Shown: positions 47,985 through 58,732 of the stretch, piece after piece
How the letters are laid out: every line of letters begins with the position of its first letter
How positions within the stretch are numbered: position 1 is the first letter of the stretch
From: a bacterium
GTDB taxonomy: Bacteria; UBA8248
Assembly: GCA_965204535.1 (NCBI GenBank)
Contig: OZ241996.1
Location: forward strand, 352,001 to 416,000
Length of the DNA: 64,000 bases
Reading direction: 5' to 3'
The notes under the pieces: generated by a model
Seen by the model: the letters and a program-made list of their open reading frames with translations, nothing else
Told to the model about the DNA's origin: nothing
Database searches by the model: none
Translations under genes and position numbers: made by a program

Positions 47985-49894
47985 GCGATTCCGTCCTTTC
48001 CCCAAGCTCCGTTTCCGTGGAAGAGGACCGCTCGTTTTTGAAATCCTTGCCCGAAAAACCGGGGATTTACATTTTCAGGAACCGCGCGGGGGACGTGCTC
48101 TACGTCGGCAAGGCCTTGCGCCTGAGAAGCCGGGTGCGCAGCTACTTCGCCAAGAGGACCGGCCGAGGCCCCTGGATTCAGAAGATGGTGGAGGAATCCT
48201 CCACGCTAGAGCACATCGTGACGGCCAATGAAATCGAGGCGCTCATCCTGGAGAGCAACTATGTCAAGAAGCACAAGCCCCGCCACAACGTCCTTTTGCG
48301 CGACGACAAGCATTTTCCCTACATGAAGCTGAGCACGGGTGAGGACTACCCGCGCCTGAGCATCGTCCGCCGCCCCGCGGGAGACGGCGATTCCTACCTG
48401 GGACCCTTCCCCTCGGCGAGCAGCCTGCGGCGCACGATCCGCTTCTTGCAGAAGACGTTTCACATCAGGCCCTGCACGGGTGGGCTTGAGGACAAGACGG
48501 CGAAGCGGTGCATCTATTTCCAGATGGGCCAGTGCCTGGGGCCCTGCGACGATCTTCAAAGCAAAGATGCGTACAGGGGCGGCGTCGACGACGCGCTTGA
48601 TTTCCTCAAGGGGAAGAACCAGGAACTGGTTCGGAGGCTCAGGAAGCAGATGAAGGAATACTCCGAAGATTTGCAATACGAGGCCGCCGCGAAGGTGCGG
48701 GATCAGATACAGGGCATCGAGCACGTCACCGAGCGGCAGACCATGCTTTCGGTGAAGGGGGGCGATCAGGACGTGCTCGGCTGCCACCGCGAGGAAGAGA
48801 AGGCGACGTTCCGCCTGTTTTTCATCAGGGGCGGCAGGCTGCTGGGCGACCAGGGGTTCCAGGTGGCCGCCCGCGAAGGCGTTCCCGACGGAGAGGTCGT
48901 CTCCGCGTTCGTGAAGCAGTATTACGGGGACAAGACGTTTTTCCCCGATGAAGTGCTCCTGCCCTCCGCCGTGGGCGACGCTTCGCTCATCGGGGAGTGG
49001 CTGTCCGGAAAGCGGGGCAAAAAGGTGTCCGTTTTTCATCCCCGCCGGGGAAACAAGCGCCGGCTGGTGGAGATGGCGAGCGAAAACGCATCGCACGCCC
49101 GGGAGCAGGAAAACGCCTTGCTCAGCAAGGAGCAGCAGACGCTCGAGGAAATCCGCCGGGCGCTGGGACTCGAAGAGTTGCCGGTGCGGATTGAGGCGTT
49201 CGACGTGTCGAACCTGCAGGGGAGCAATATCGTCGGCGCGAGCGTCATGTTCCAGGACGGGCGCCCGCTCAAGGACGGCTACCGCCGCTACAAGATCAGA
49301 AGCGTGGCGGAATCGCCGGATGATTATTCCTCCATGCGCGAGATCGTGTTCAGGCGTCTGGAGCGTCTGGTGAACGAGGGAGGCGAGATGCCCGACCTTC
49401 TGCTGATAGACGGCGGGAAGGGGCAGCTCTCATCGGCCGCTTCGGCTTTGGAAGAACTCGGGCTTGCGGATGTGGCGCTCTGCGCGATCGCGAAGGGCAG
49501 GAGTTCCGAGAACCCCGAAGCGCAGGACGTGGTTTTCCTGCCGGGCCAGTCGGACCCCGTTCAATTGAAAGAGGGAAGCGCGCCCAAGCTCATGCTCCAG
49601 AAAATCCGCGACGAGGTGCACCGCTTCGTCCTGACGTTCCACCGGACGCGCCGCAGGCGCACCGGGATCAGGAGCGGCCTCGATGACGTGCCGGGTCTCG
49701 GCCCCAAGCGCAGGCGTGCGCTCCTGAGAACCTTCGGGAGCCTGCGGGGCGTTCTGGAGGCGAGCGATCTCAAGCTCCTCGAAGTGGAGGGCATCACGCC
49801 GAACCTCGTCGCCGCCTTGCGGGAAAAACTCGGAGGCGAGGGCGCGTTGGTCGAAGAACCCGGGAAGAGTGCTCCCCGGAGGAGCGAATCTTGA
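47981..49894 (+). CDS. uvrC: Excinuclease ABC subunit C
   Basis: [39 protein letters not shown], HhH tail. Confidence 0.95.
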
Positions 49895-51426
49895 AAGCGA
49901 AAGACATCGGCTATTCCATATTCTCGGGCCTTTTGGTGGCGTCCCTGTTCCCGCCGTTTCGCTTCGAGATGCTGGCCTGGATCGCGCTCGTTCCCCTTTT
50001 ATGGGTGCTCGAAGGGAAGAAACCGCACGAAGCGTTCACCCTGGGGCTGGTGAGCGGTCTGGTTTCCTTCGGGATCATCATCTGGTGGGTCAAGATTTCC
50101 ATGGCCACCTACGGGGGGCTTCCGGCGTCGCTCGCATGGCTGATCACCGCCGTCCTCGCGCTCTATCTGGCGCTCTACCCGGCGCTGTTCGCATTTTGCA
50201 TGGTGCGCATCCATGCGGGCGGCTCCGTTCTCACTTTCCTCCTCGCGCCGCCGCTGTGGGTCTCCCTGGAGCTTTTGCGCGCCTATTTCATGACCGGCTT
50301 CCCGTGGGCGCTGCTGGGATACAGTCAGTACCGTCATCTGCATATCATCCAAATCGCCGATCTGGCGGGCGTATACGGCGTGTCGTTCTTCATCGTGTTC
50401 GTGAACGCGGCGATCTGGCATTTCTTCCGTTTTCCCCGGAAAGCGCCCTTCGCCCTCGTCATCAGCGTCTCGCTCGCCGCGGCGTTCGTGTGGGGCTATG
50501 GATACCTGCGGCTCCATGAGGTGCCGCTTGAGACGCGAGGCGAGTCGCGCGCGATGGGCATCGTACAAGGCAACGTCGATCAGTCCGTGAAATGGTCTCC
50601 CAAGTGGCGGAAGGGTATTCTCGAGAAGATGGGAAGGCTGACGAAGGATTTGAGAGGGCGTTTCCCGGAAGATGAATCGACCGCTCCCCCCCTCATCGTC
50701 TGGCCGGAGGCGGCGGCGCCCCTTGTTTACGGAAGACACGCATCCGAACAAAAGTATCTCCGCGACATCGCGAAGGACGCGAACTCCCACTTGCTCTTCG
50801 GCGTCCTCGGGAGGCGTGAGGTGAAACAAGGCCCCAAATTGACGAATTCGGCCTATCTCTTAAACCCGGAGGGCACCGAATCCGGCCGCTACGACAAGAT
50901 GCACCTGCTGCCCTTCGGCGAATATGTCCCGCTTGGCAAGTTACTGTTTTTCGTGAAAAAACTCGTGCCGGTCATCGGCGCGTTCAGACCCGGGGATCGG
51001 CCCGAGATATTCGACGCCGCGCAGGGGAAATTTGGCGTCTTGATTTGTTTCGAGGTGATTTTCCCCCGCGTGGTGCGGCGGATGAAAGATGCGCAGTTTC
51101 TCGTCAACATCACGAACGATGCGTGGTTCGGAAAGACGGCGGCTTCCGAGCAGCATCTCTCGATGGTGGCGTTTCGGGCGGTGGAATTCCGGATGCCGAT
51201 CGTCCGCTCGGCCAACACGGGAATCAGCGCGCTCATCGACCCCACCGGAGCGATTCGGGTCAGAAGCCCCCTGTTTGAGGAGTGGGTGCACGCCGATGTC
51301 ATATCGCTGAAAAAAGATCGTCCCAGCTTATACGCCCGGGTGGGGGATATGTTCGCCTATATCTGTGTTTTCTTCTCCTTGGCGGCGGTTTTGTTGTTTC
51401 GCTCCAGACGGGGCTCTCGGATGTGA
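49891..51426 (+). CDS. lnt: Apolipoprotein N-acyltransferase
   Basis: GFPWALLGY, VWPE, YDKMHLLPFGEY, ICFE, TNDAWFG, RSANTGIS. Confidence 0.95.
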   Translation: MKAKDIGYSIFSGLLVASLFPPFRFEMLAWIALVPLLWVLEGKKPHEAFTLGLVSGLVSFGIIIWWVKISMATYGGLPASLAWLITAVLALYLALYPALFAFCMVRIHAGGSVLTFLLAPPLWVSLELLRAYFMTGFPWALLGYSQYRHLHIIQIADLAGVYGVSFFIVFVNAAIWHFFRFPRKAPFALVISVSLAAAFVWGYGYLRLHEVPLETRGESRAMGIVQGNVDQSVKWSPKWRKGILEKMGRLTKDLRGRFPEDESTAPPLIVWPEAAAPLVYGRHASEQKYLRDIAKDANSHLLFGVLGRREVKQGPKLTNSAYLLNPEGTESGRYDKMHLLPFGEYVPLGKLLFFVKKLVPVIGAFRPGDRPEIFDAAQGKFGVLICFEVIFPRVVRRMKDAQFLVNITNDAWFGKTAASEQHLSMVAFRAVEFRMPIVRSANTGISALIDPTGAIRVRSPLFEEWVHADVISLKKDRPSLYARVGDMFAYICVFFSLAAVLLFRSRRGSRM

Positions 51427-51503
51427 TATGATGACTGGAACCGCCCGGTTGGACTCCGTGCCGAGGGGTCATGAAGTTCGAATTCGAAAGATTGGAGATG
51501 TAG

Positions 51504-52626
51504 ATGGAAGAGTTATGCAGGAAATGTGAGCAACTGGAGGCGCGCCTCCTTGAACTGCGAGGGCGGCTTTGACCTCGATCGATTGGAGGCGGAGTGCGCC
51601 AGGCTCGATAAAATCGCCGGTGAAGAGGATTTCTGGAACGACCCCGAAGCCGCCCAGAACACGCTGAGAAAGCGCGCTTCGCTTGAAAAGACGATCCGCA
51701 ACTGGGAAAACCTCAGCGGGAGACTCAACGAGCAGAAAGAGCTTCTCCAGCTTCTCCAGATGGAAGAAACGTCCGAATCGGAACTCCTGAGCGATATCGA
51801 AAAAGCGCTTTCCTCCCTTTTCCGGGAGATCGAACGCCTGGAGTTCCACCTGGTCATGGATTCCGAGGAGGACAGGGCCAACGCCATTTTCTCCGTGAAC
51901 GCAGGCGCAGGCGGCGTGGAGAGCCAGGATTGGGCCGAAATGCTCTTGCGCATGTACACGAGATGGGCGGAGGAGAAGGGGTATCAGGCGCGCCTCGTTT
52001 CCATACTCGGAGGGGAGGAGGCGGGCATCAAGAACGCTACCCTGATCATCCAGGGGGATTATGCTTACGGGTATCTTCGGGCGGAAGTCGGCGTGCATCG
52101 TCTCATCAGGATTTCACCTTTCGACGCCAGCGCGAAGAGGCACACCTCTTTCGCTTCCGTGGACGTCGTTCCCGAAGTGTCGGATGACGTGGAAGTCGAA
52201 ATAGACGAGAACGATTTGCGGGTCGACGTGTTCAGGAGTTCGGGCGCCGGCGGTCAGCACGTGAACACCACGGACTCCGCGGTGCGGATTACGCACTTGC
52301 CCACGGGCATCGTGGTCTCATGCCAGAACGAGAGAAGCCAGCACAAGAATCGCGCGACGGCCATGAAGCTGCTGCGCGGCCAGTTGTACGAGATGGAGAA
52401 AAGAAAGCGCGACGAGGAGAAAGAGGCGCAACACGCCATGAAAAAGACCATCGGGTTCGGGAGCCAGATTCGTTCTTACACCCTGCACCCCTACCGGATG
52501 GTGAAGGATCATCGAACGGACGTGGAGCGCTCGGACGTGAACGCCGTATTGGACGGGAATATCGACGCGTTCATTGACGCCTATCTCCTCTCGTTGATAC
52601 AGGAGAAGGCGGACACGCGCGATTAA
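51504..52626 (+). CDS. prfB: Peptide chain release factor 2, programmed +1 frameshift at CTT-TGA-C (51567-51573)
   Basis: ATG at 51504 (MEELCRK...), internal SD-like GAGGG before CTTTGAC; SPF and GGQ motifs in the +1 frame. Confidence 0.95.
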
Positions 52627-52664
52627 TCGCCGCCGGTCGAGGCGAATGGGGAAATCACGGTTTT

Positions 52665-54236
52665 ATGAACGCAGAAAGAGAGCATGGGAGGAACGCCCCC
52701 GTGGCGGATGAAGCGGCATCGTCGCCGGATGAGCGGGACGATGAAAACATATTGACCCAGCAGCGGAGGAAGAAGCTCGAGGGGATTCGGGCGTCGGGCG
52801 CCAACCCCTTCGTGAACCGGTTTTCGACGACGCACCAAATCGGCGTCATCGTCGGGGAATTTCGTGATGTGCCGGCGGATGGCTTCGATGAAGCGAAAGA
52901 GGCGAATTTTTCCGTTGCGGGAAGAATCATCGCCAAGCGGGTGCAGGGGAAAGTCGCCTTTATCGATCTGCGGGACGGTACGGGACAGATCCAGCTGTTC
53001 ATCCGGATGAATGAGATCGGCGAGGAGGCATTTCAATCCGCCAGGGATATCGACATCGGCGATATCGTCGGCGCGGAGGGCGGGGTGTTCCGAACGAGGA
53101 TGGGCGAACTCTCCATCTGGGTCCGCCGGATGAGCCTCCTGACGAAAAGCTTGCGTCCCCTGCCTGAAAAGTGGCATGGCCTGAGAAACGTGGAGGCCCG
53201 CTACAGGCAGCGGTATGTGGACTTGATCGCAAACCCCGAGGTGGTCGAAGTATTCCGGGTGCGCACCCGGATGATTCAGTCGATACGCCGCTTTCTGGAC
53301 GATTTGAATTTTATCGAGGTCGAGACCCCGATGATGCAGACCATCGCGGGCGGGGCGACGGCGAGACCGTTCACGACCTACCACAATACCCTGGAAATGC
53401 CCTTGTTTCTCCGCGTGGCGCCCGAACTTTACCTCAAGCGCCTGGTTGTCGGTGGAATGGATCGTGTCTACGAAATCAACCGCAATTTCAGGAATGAAGG
53501 CATATCCACGCAGCACAACCCCGAATTCACCATGCTGGAATTCTATATGGCGTATGCGGACTACAACGACTTGATGGAATTGACGGAAAAGATGCTGGCC
53601 TCGCTGGCCCGGGAGATTTTGGGGGATGACGTGTTGAAATACGGGGACGAGGAAATCTCGTTTCAGCCGCCCTGGGCGCGGTATAAATGGCGTCATTCCA
53701 TCGTCGAGGTGGGCGGAGCGCCGGACGATGTATTGGAGGATCAGGAAAAAGCCCGCCTTTTCGCGAGAAAAACCGCGGAACCCAAGGGGTATCCCATTCC
53801 GGATGATATGAGCCACGCGCACGTCCTGGAGTACCTGTTCGAGGAGTTGGTGGAGCCGAAGCTCAGGCAGCCCACTTTCGTCTATGATTTCCCAAAAGCC
53901 CTTTCACCGCTGTCCAAGAGCAGGGAAGACGACCCGGATATCGTAGAGCGGTTTGAACTCATCATTGCCGGGCGCGAGATCGCCAACGCCTACACGGAGT
54001 TGAACGATCCTGACGATCAGCGGGCGCGCTTCGAGCAACAGGAAGCGAAAAGAGAAGCCGGCGATGAGGAAGCCCATGAGATAGACTGGGATTACCTGAC
54101 GGCACTGGAATACGGCCTGCCGCCTACGGCCGGCGAGGGGATCGGGATCGACAGGCTCGCAATGCTGCTGACGAATACGCATTCGATTCGTGACGTCATC
54201 CTTTTCCCCCTGTTGCGCAAACACCAGGACGGATGA
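52665..54236 (+). CDS. lysS: Lysine--tRNA ligase (class II)
   Basis: [40 protein letters not shown]. Confidence 0.97.
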   Translation: MNAEREHGRNAPVADEAASSPDERDDENILTQQRRKKLEGIRASGANPFVNRFSTTHQIGVIVGEFRDVPADGFDEAKEANFSVAGRIIAKRVQGKVAFIDLRDGTGQIQLFIRMNEIGEEAFQSARDIDIGDIVGAEGGVFRTRMGELSIWVRRMSLLTKSLRPLPEKWHGLRNVEARYRQRYVDLIANPEVVEVFRVRTRMIQSIRRFLDDLNFIEVETPMMQTIAGGATARPFTTYHNTLEMPLFLRVAPELYLKRLVVGGMDRVYEINRNFRNEGISTQHNPEFTMLEFYMAYADYNDLMELTEKMLASLAREILGDDVLKYGDEEISFQPPWARYKWRHSIVEVGGAPDDVLEDQEKARLFARKTAEPKGYPIPDDMSHAHVLEYLFEELVEPKLRQPTFVYDFPKALSPLSKSREDDPDIVERFELIIAGREIANAYTELNDPDDQRARFEQQEAKREAGDEEAHEIDWDYLTALEYGLPPTAGEGIGIDRLAMLLTNTHSIRDVILFPLLRKHQDG

Positions 54237-55498
54237 TGTCTTTTTCCACGGAACTGTTCATCGGCTTCAGGCATTTGCGCTCGCGGAGCAAACTCGCCTT
54301 TGTCTCGCTCACGACCTGGATATCCGTGCTGGGCATCGCGCTGGGCGTCGCCACCCTCATCGTCGTTGTGGGAGTGATGACCGGGTTTCAGCGGGAATTC
54401 CGCGACAAGATACTGGGCACGCAGAGTCATATCGTCATCACGAGATCGGGCGCTAAATTGATGCGCAAATGGGAGGACGTCCTGGAAAAGGCACGCAAGC
54501 ATGAGGGCGTGGTGGCGGCGAGTCCGTTCGTGTATGGCCAGGCGATGTTCTCGTTCAAGAACCGTGTGCTGGGCGCGGTGGTGCGCGGGATTGTTCCGGA
54601 CCGGGAAATCGACGTGACGGACATCAGGAAATACTTGAAGGACGGTTCGCTGAACAAGATTCTGGGGAAAACCAGCGCGGGCAAGCCGGGCATTATCATA
54701 GGGGCCGAACTCGCGAAAAACCTCTTCCTCAAAGAGGGCGACACGGTGACGATGGTCAGCCCCGTGGGGGTGGTTACGCCCATGGGTCTGGTGCCCCGAA
54801 CGAAAAAATTCCAGATAGTGGGCATCTTCCGCAGCGGCTTTTATCAGTACGATGCCGGACTCTCGTTCGTCTCGATGAAAGAGAGCCAGGCATTCTTCGG
54901 GTTCGGCAAATCCGTGACGGGGGTGCATTTGCGCGTGAAGGACATTTTCTCGGCGGAGCGCATTTCCCGCAAGATTCAGGGCGCGCTCTCGGGGACGTAT
55001 TCTTCCCGCTCCTGGCAGGAAATGAACCGCAACCTGTTTTCCGCGCTGAAAACGGAAAAAACCACGCTCACCATCCTTCTCCTCCTCGTCGTCGTCGTGG
55101 CCGCCTTCAACATCATCGGCTCGCTCGTCATGGTGGTGATGGAGAAGGGGCGCGAAATCGCAATCCTGAAGTCGATGGGGGCTACAAGCGGCGCCATTTT
55201 GAGGATATTTTTCGTGCAAGGCGCTTTTATCGGTCTGGTAGGGGCTGTTTTGGGCACCGGTGGTGGCCTCGTTCTGGGATGGAATCTCCATGTGGTGGAG
55301 GATTTTTTAGAGCGCGTCTTTGGTCTGGACATACTGCCTCCCAGCGTTTACCATATAGAGAAATTACCGGTGCAGATGACGCCTTTTGATGTCTCTGTTA
55401 CGGCAGTGGTTGCTTTTATTATCTGTTTGGCGGCGACACTTTATCCAGCGTGGCGGGCTTCTCGCGTCGATCCGGTAGAAAATCTCCGTTATGGTTGA
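54233..55498 (+). CDS. Lipoprotein-releasing ABC permease LolC/E
   Basis: [46 protein letters not shown]. Confidence 0.92.
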   Translation: MMSFSTELFIGFRHLRSRSKLAFVSLTTWISVLGIALGVATLIVVVGVMTGFQREFRDKILGTQSHIVITRSGAKLMRKWEDVLEKARKHEGVVAASPFVYGQAMFSFKNRVLGAVVRGIVPDREIDVTDIRKYLKDGSLNKILGKTSAGKPGIIIGAELAKNLFLKEGDTVTMVSPVGVVTPMGLVPRTKKFQIVGIFRSGFYQYDAGLSFVSMKESQAFFGFGKSVTGVHLRVKDIFSAERISRKIQGALSGTYSSRSWQEMNRNLFSALKTEKTTLTILLLLVVVVAAFNIIGSLVMVVMEKGREIAILKSMGATSGAILRIFFVQGAFIGLVGAVLGTGGGLVLGWNLHVVEDFLERVFGLDILPPSVYHIEKLPVQMTPFDVSVTAVVAFIICLAATLYPAWRASRVDPVENLRYG

Positions 55499-56225
55499 TT
55501 CGGGCACATTGGAGATGAGCGAATCTGCAGCACCAGAAGAGGTGTCGACGCAGGTCATCGTCACAAAGGGACTGGAAAAATCATACGCCATGGGCAGCGG
55601 CGAAGTGATGGCTCTGAGCGGAGTCGATCTCGAAGTTGCGCATGGCGAGATGGTGGCCGTCATGGGAGTCTCCGGAGCGGGGAAAACCACCTTGCTCCAT
55701 CTTTTGGGAGCGCTCGACAGGCCGACGAAAGGCGAAGTGATTCTGGAGGGAAAAAGCCTGTATGAGCGTTCCGAGGTCGAGTTGGCTCGACTGCGAAATC
55801 AGCATGTGGGCTTTGTATTCCAGTTTCATCATCTGTTGCCGGAGTTTTCCGGGCTGGAAAATGTTATGATACCCGGGCTGCTCCGCGGCGACCGGAAAAA
55901 AGAGGTGGAGGAGCAGGCGAAGGAATTGTTAAGCCGGATGGGCCTGGCCGACAGGTGGAATCATCGGCCTGGAGAACTTTCCGGGGGGGAGCAGCAAAGG
56001 GTTGCTATTGCACGCGCGTTAATTAACAATCCTTCTGTGGTACTCGCGGATGAACCAACGGGGAATCTGGATTCGTCAACCGCGGGAACGATATTTGAAT
56101 TGCTTCGAGAGATTAACGAGAGAAGCAGGCAAACGATTCTGGTGGCGACGCACAATGCTTCGATGGCGGAGAAAATGGATCGTGTGATCGCCGTGGTGGA
56201 TGGGAAAATAGCTCAAAAAAAGTAA
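55491..56225 (+). CDS. lolD: Lipoprotein-releasing ABC ATPase
   Basis: GVSGAGKT, GFVFQFHHLLPEF, LSGGEQQR, ADEPTGNLD. Confidence 0.92.
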   Translation: MVDSGTLEMSESAAPEEVSTQVIVTKGLEKSYAMGSGEVMALSGVDLEVAHGEMVAVMGVSGAGKTTLLHLLGALDRPTKGEVILEGKSLYERSEVELARLRNQHVGFVFQFHHLLPEFSGLENVMIPGLLRGDRKKEVEEQAKELLSRMGLADRWNHRPGELSGGEQQRVAIARALINNPSVVLADEPTGNLDSSTAGTIFELLREINERSRQTILVATHNASMAEKMDRVIAVVDGKIAQKK

Positions 56226-56235
56226 GGAGGGCCGT

Positions 56236-58680
56236 ATGTTCAAGCGATTCACCGAGCGCGCCCGAAAAGTCATTATCCTCGCCAGAGAAGAGGCTGAGCA
56301 CTATCGACACGAATACCTGGGCACCGAACATGTCTTGCTTGGCGTGCTGAAGGATGGGGGCGGGATCGCCATAGCCGTTTTGCAGAAGCTGGGTGTCGAC
56401 CCCAAACAGCTTCGGCTGGAGCTTGAACGTAATTTGCCCAAGAGTTTGAGCGGCCCCGTGGAAGGGGACATCCCGTTCACCCCGAAAGCGAAGAAAGTGC
56501 TTGAGTACGCCGTCGAAGAGGCCCGTCTGATGGGCCACAACTATATCGGCACCGAGCATCTGTTGTTGGGTATTGTCCGCGAGAAAGATGGATTGGCTGC
56601 GAAAATCCTGGCCAGTTTCGGCGTCAAGCTCCAGCAGACGCGGGAGCAGACCATCAACCTCTTGAGGGAGCCGGTGGCTGCGCGTTCTCGCGAGAAGAGC
56701 AAGACGCCCGCGCTCGATGAATTCGGGCGCGACCTCACGGAGTTTGCCGAGGAGGGGAAACTCGACCCGGTCATCGGGCGGGAGCAGGAAATAGAGCGCG
56801 TTATCCAGATTCTCGCGCGACGGACGAAAAACAATCCCGTCCTGATCGGCGAGCCCGGCGTCGGGAAAACGGCGATTGTCGAGGGCTTGGCTCAATCGAT
56901 TATCTCGAAGGAAGTTCCCCAGATTTTGTACAACAAGCGCGTGGTTCAGCTTGATCTGGGTGCTTTGGTCGCAGGGACGAAATACCGCGGACAATTCGAG
57001 GCGCGCCTGAAAGCCATCATGAAGGAGATCACGCAAAGCCAGGATGTGATTATCTTCATCGATGAACTGCATACCCTGGTGGGCGCGGGCGCGGCGGAAG
57101 GCTCCATTGATGCTTCGAACATGCTGAAACCTGCGCTCAGCCGCGGAGAAGTTCAGTGCATCGGCGCCACCACACTGGATGAATATCGAAAATATATCGA
57201 GAAAAACGGCGCTTTGGAGCGGCGCTTCCAAACCGTGATGGTGGACCCGCCGTCGGTGGATGACACGGTCAGCATTTTGAAGGGCCTCAGGGACAAATAT
57301 GAGAAACACCACCGCGCGCAGTTGACGGACGATGCACTGGTCTCCGCCGTTCGCCTGTCGTCCCAGTACGTGTCGGATCGCTTCCTGCCGGACAAAGCGA
57401 TAGACGTCATCGATGAGGCGTGCAGCAAGGTTCGCCTCGAGAAAGAAACGTTCCCCACCAACATCCGGGATCTTCAGCGCCAGATTGAAGATACGGTTCG
57501 CACCAAGAAAGACATGATCGAAAAGCAAGATTTTGAAAAGGCCGTCGAGTTGCGCGACCAGGAGGAGCAGGACAGAAGCAGGCTCGACGAGTTGAAGGCG
57601 GAGTGGGAAGCGGAGCAAACCGATGAGGAGCCGTATGTCACCGAAGATGATGTGGCTTACGTCGTCAGCCGGATGACCGGGATTCCGCTGCAGCGCATCG
57701 GAGAAGTAGAGAACGAGCGTCTTCTCCGGATGGAAGAGGAGTTGAACAGCCACATCATCGGGCAGGAAGAAGCCACGCGCGCCCTGACGAAGGCGGTTCG
57801 CCGGGCGCGTGCCGGCCTGAAAGGGCCGAAGCGCCCGATCGGCAGCTTCTTGTTCCTGGGTCCCACGGGCGTGGGCAAGACCGAAATGGCCAGAATGCTC
57901 GCCCAGTTCATGTTCGGCGACCCGAACGCCCTCATTCGCATCGACATGAGTGAATACATGGAGAGATTCAACGTCTCCCGCCTCACCGGAGCACCTCCTG
58001 GATATGTCGGCTATGAGGAGGGAGGACAACTCACCGAGCGTGTTCGCAGAAAGCCTTACTCCGTCGTGCTCCTCGATGAAATCGAGAAGGCGCATCCCGA
58101 TGTCTACCACGTTTTGCTCCAGGTGATGGACGACGGTTTGCTCACCGACAGCTATGGCCGCAATATCGACTTCAAGAATACCGTCATCATCATGACTTCG
58201 AATCTGGCGGCCCGATCCATCGAGAAAGGGACATCCCTCGGCTTCCAGAAGGTGGACACGGGCCTCGGCTTCGACAAGATGAGGGACAGCATTCGCGATG
58301 AACTGAAGCGCACCTTCAATCCTGAGTTTCTGAACCGGATTGATGATGTCATCATCTTCCGGCCGTTGACCCACGAGGACATCCTGAAAATCGTGGATAT
58401 CGAAATCTCCAAGGTCAATGAGACGCTGAATGAAAAGGAAATGACGATTGAACTGAGCGACGAGGCCAAAGACTGGATTGCCAGACAAGGGTTCGAACCG
58501 GCCTATGGGGCAAGGCCTCTGCGCCGCATCATCCAAAAGCACATCGAAGACACCCTCAGCGAAGAAGTTTTGCACGGTAAATTCCAGGACGGGGGAACGA
58601 TCCTGGCGAAGCTGGCTGGGGATGAATTGGTATTCGAACTGAAAGAAGACACGGAAGTGCTCAGTGTCCAGGACCTATAG
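56236..58680 (+). CDS. clpC: ATP-dependent Clp protease ATPase ClpC
   Basis: [10 protein letters not shown], two Clp-N repeats, [11 protein letters not shown]-like middle domain, [11 protein letters not shown] ClpP-binding loop. Confidence 0.93.
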   Translation: MFKRFTERARKVIILAREEAEHYRHEYLGTEHVLLGVLKDGGGIAIAVLQKLGVDPKQLRLELERNLPKSLSGPVEGDIPFTPKAKKVLEYAVEEARLMGHNYIGTEHLLLGIVREKDGLAAKILASFGVKLQQTREQTINLLREPVAARSREKSKTPALDEFGRDLTEFAEEGKLDPVIGREQEIERVIQILARRTKNNPVLIGEPGVGKTAIVEGLAQSIISKEVPQILYNKRVVQLDLGALVAGTKYRGQFEARLKAIMKEITQSQDVIIFIDELHTLVGAGAAEGSIDASNMLKPALSRGEVQCIGATTLDEYRKYIEKNGALERRFQTVMVDPPSVDDTVSILKGLRDKYEKHHRAQLTDDALVSAVRLSSQYVSDRFLPDKAIDVIDEACSKVRLEKETFPTNIRDLQRQIEDTVRTKKDMIEKQDFEKAVELRDQEEQDRSRLDELKAEWEAEQTDEEPYVTEDDVAYVVSRMTGIPLQRIGEVENERLLRMEEELNSHIIGQEEATRALTKAVRRARAGLKGPKRPIGSFLFLGPTGVGKTEMARMLAQFMFGDPNALIRIDMSEYMERFNVSRLTGAPPGYVGYEEGGQLTERVRRKPYSVVLLDEIEKAHPDVYHVLLQVMDDGLLTDSYGRNIDFKNTVIIMTSNLAARSIEKGTSLGFQKVDTGLGFDKMRDSIRDELKRTFNPEFLNRIDDVIIFRPLTHEDILKIVDIEISKVNETLNEKEMTIELSDEAKDWIARQGFEPAYGARPLRRIIQKHIEDTLSEEVLHGKFQDGGTILAKLAGDELVFELKEDTEVLSVQDL

Positions 58681-58732
58681 TTTCACTGCAAAATTGAAAC
58701 TTGTTTCCCCTTTTTTCTCGGGGGGTGGTCTT

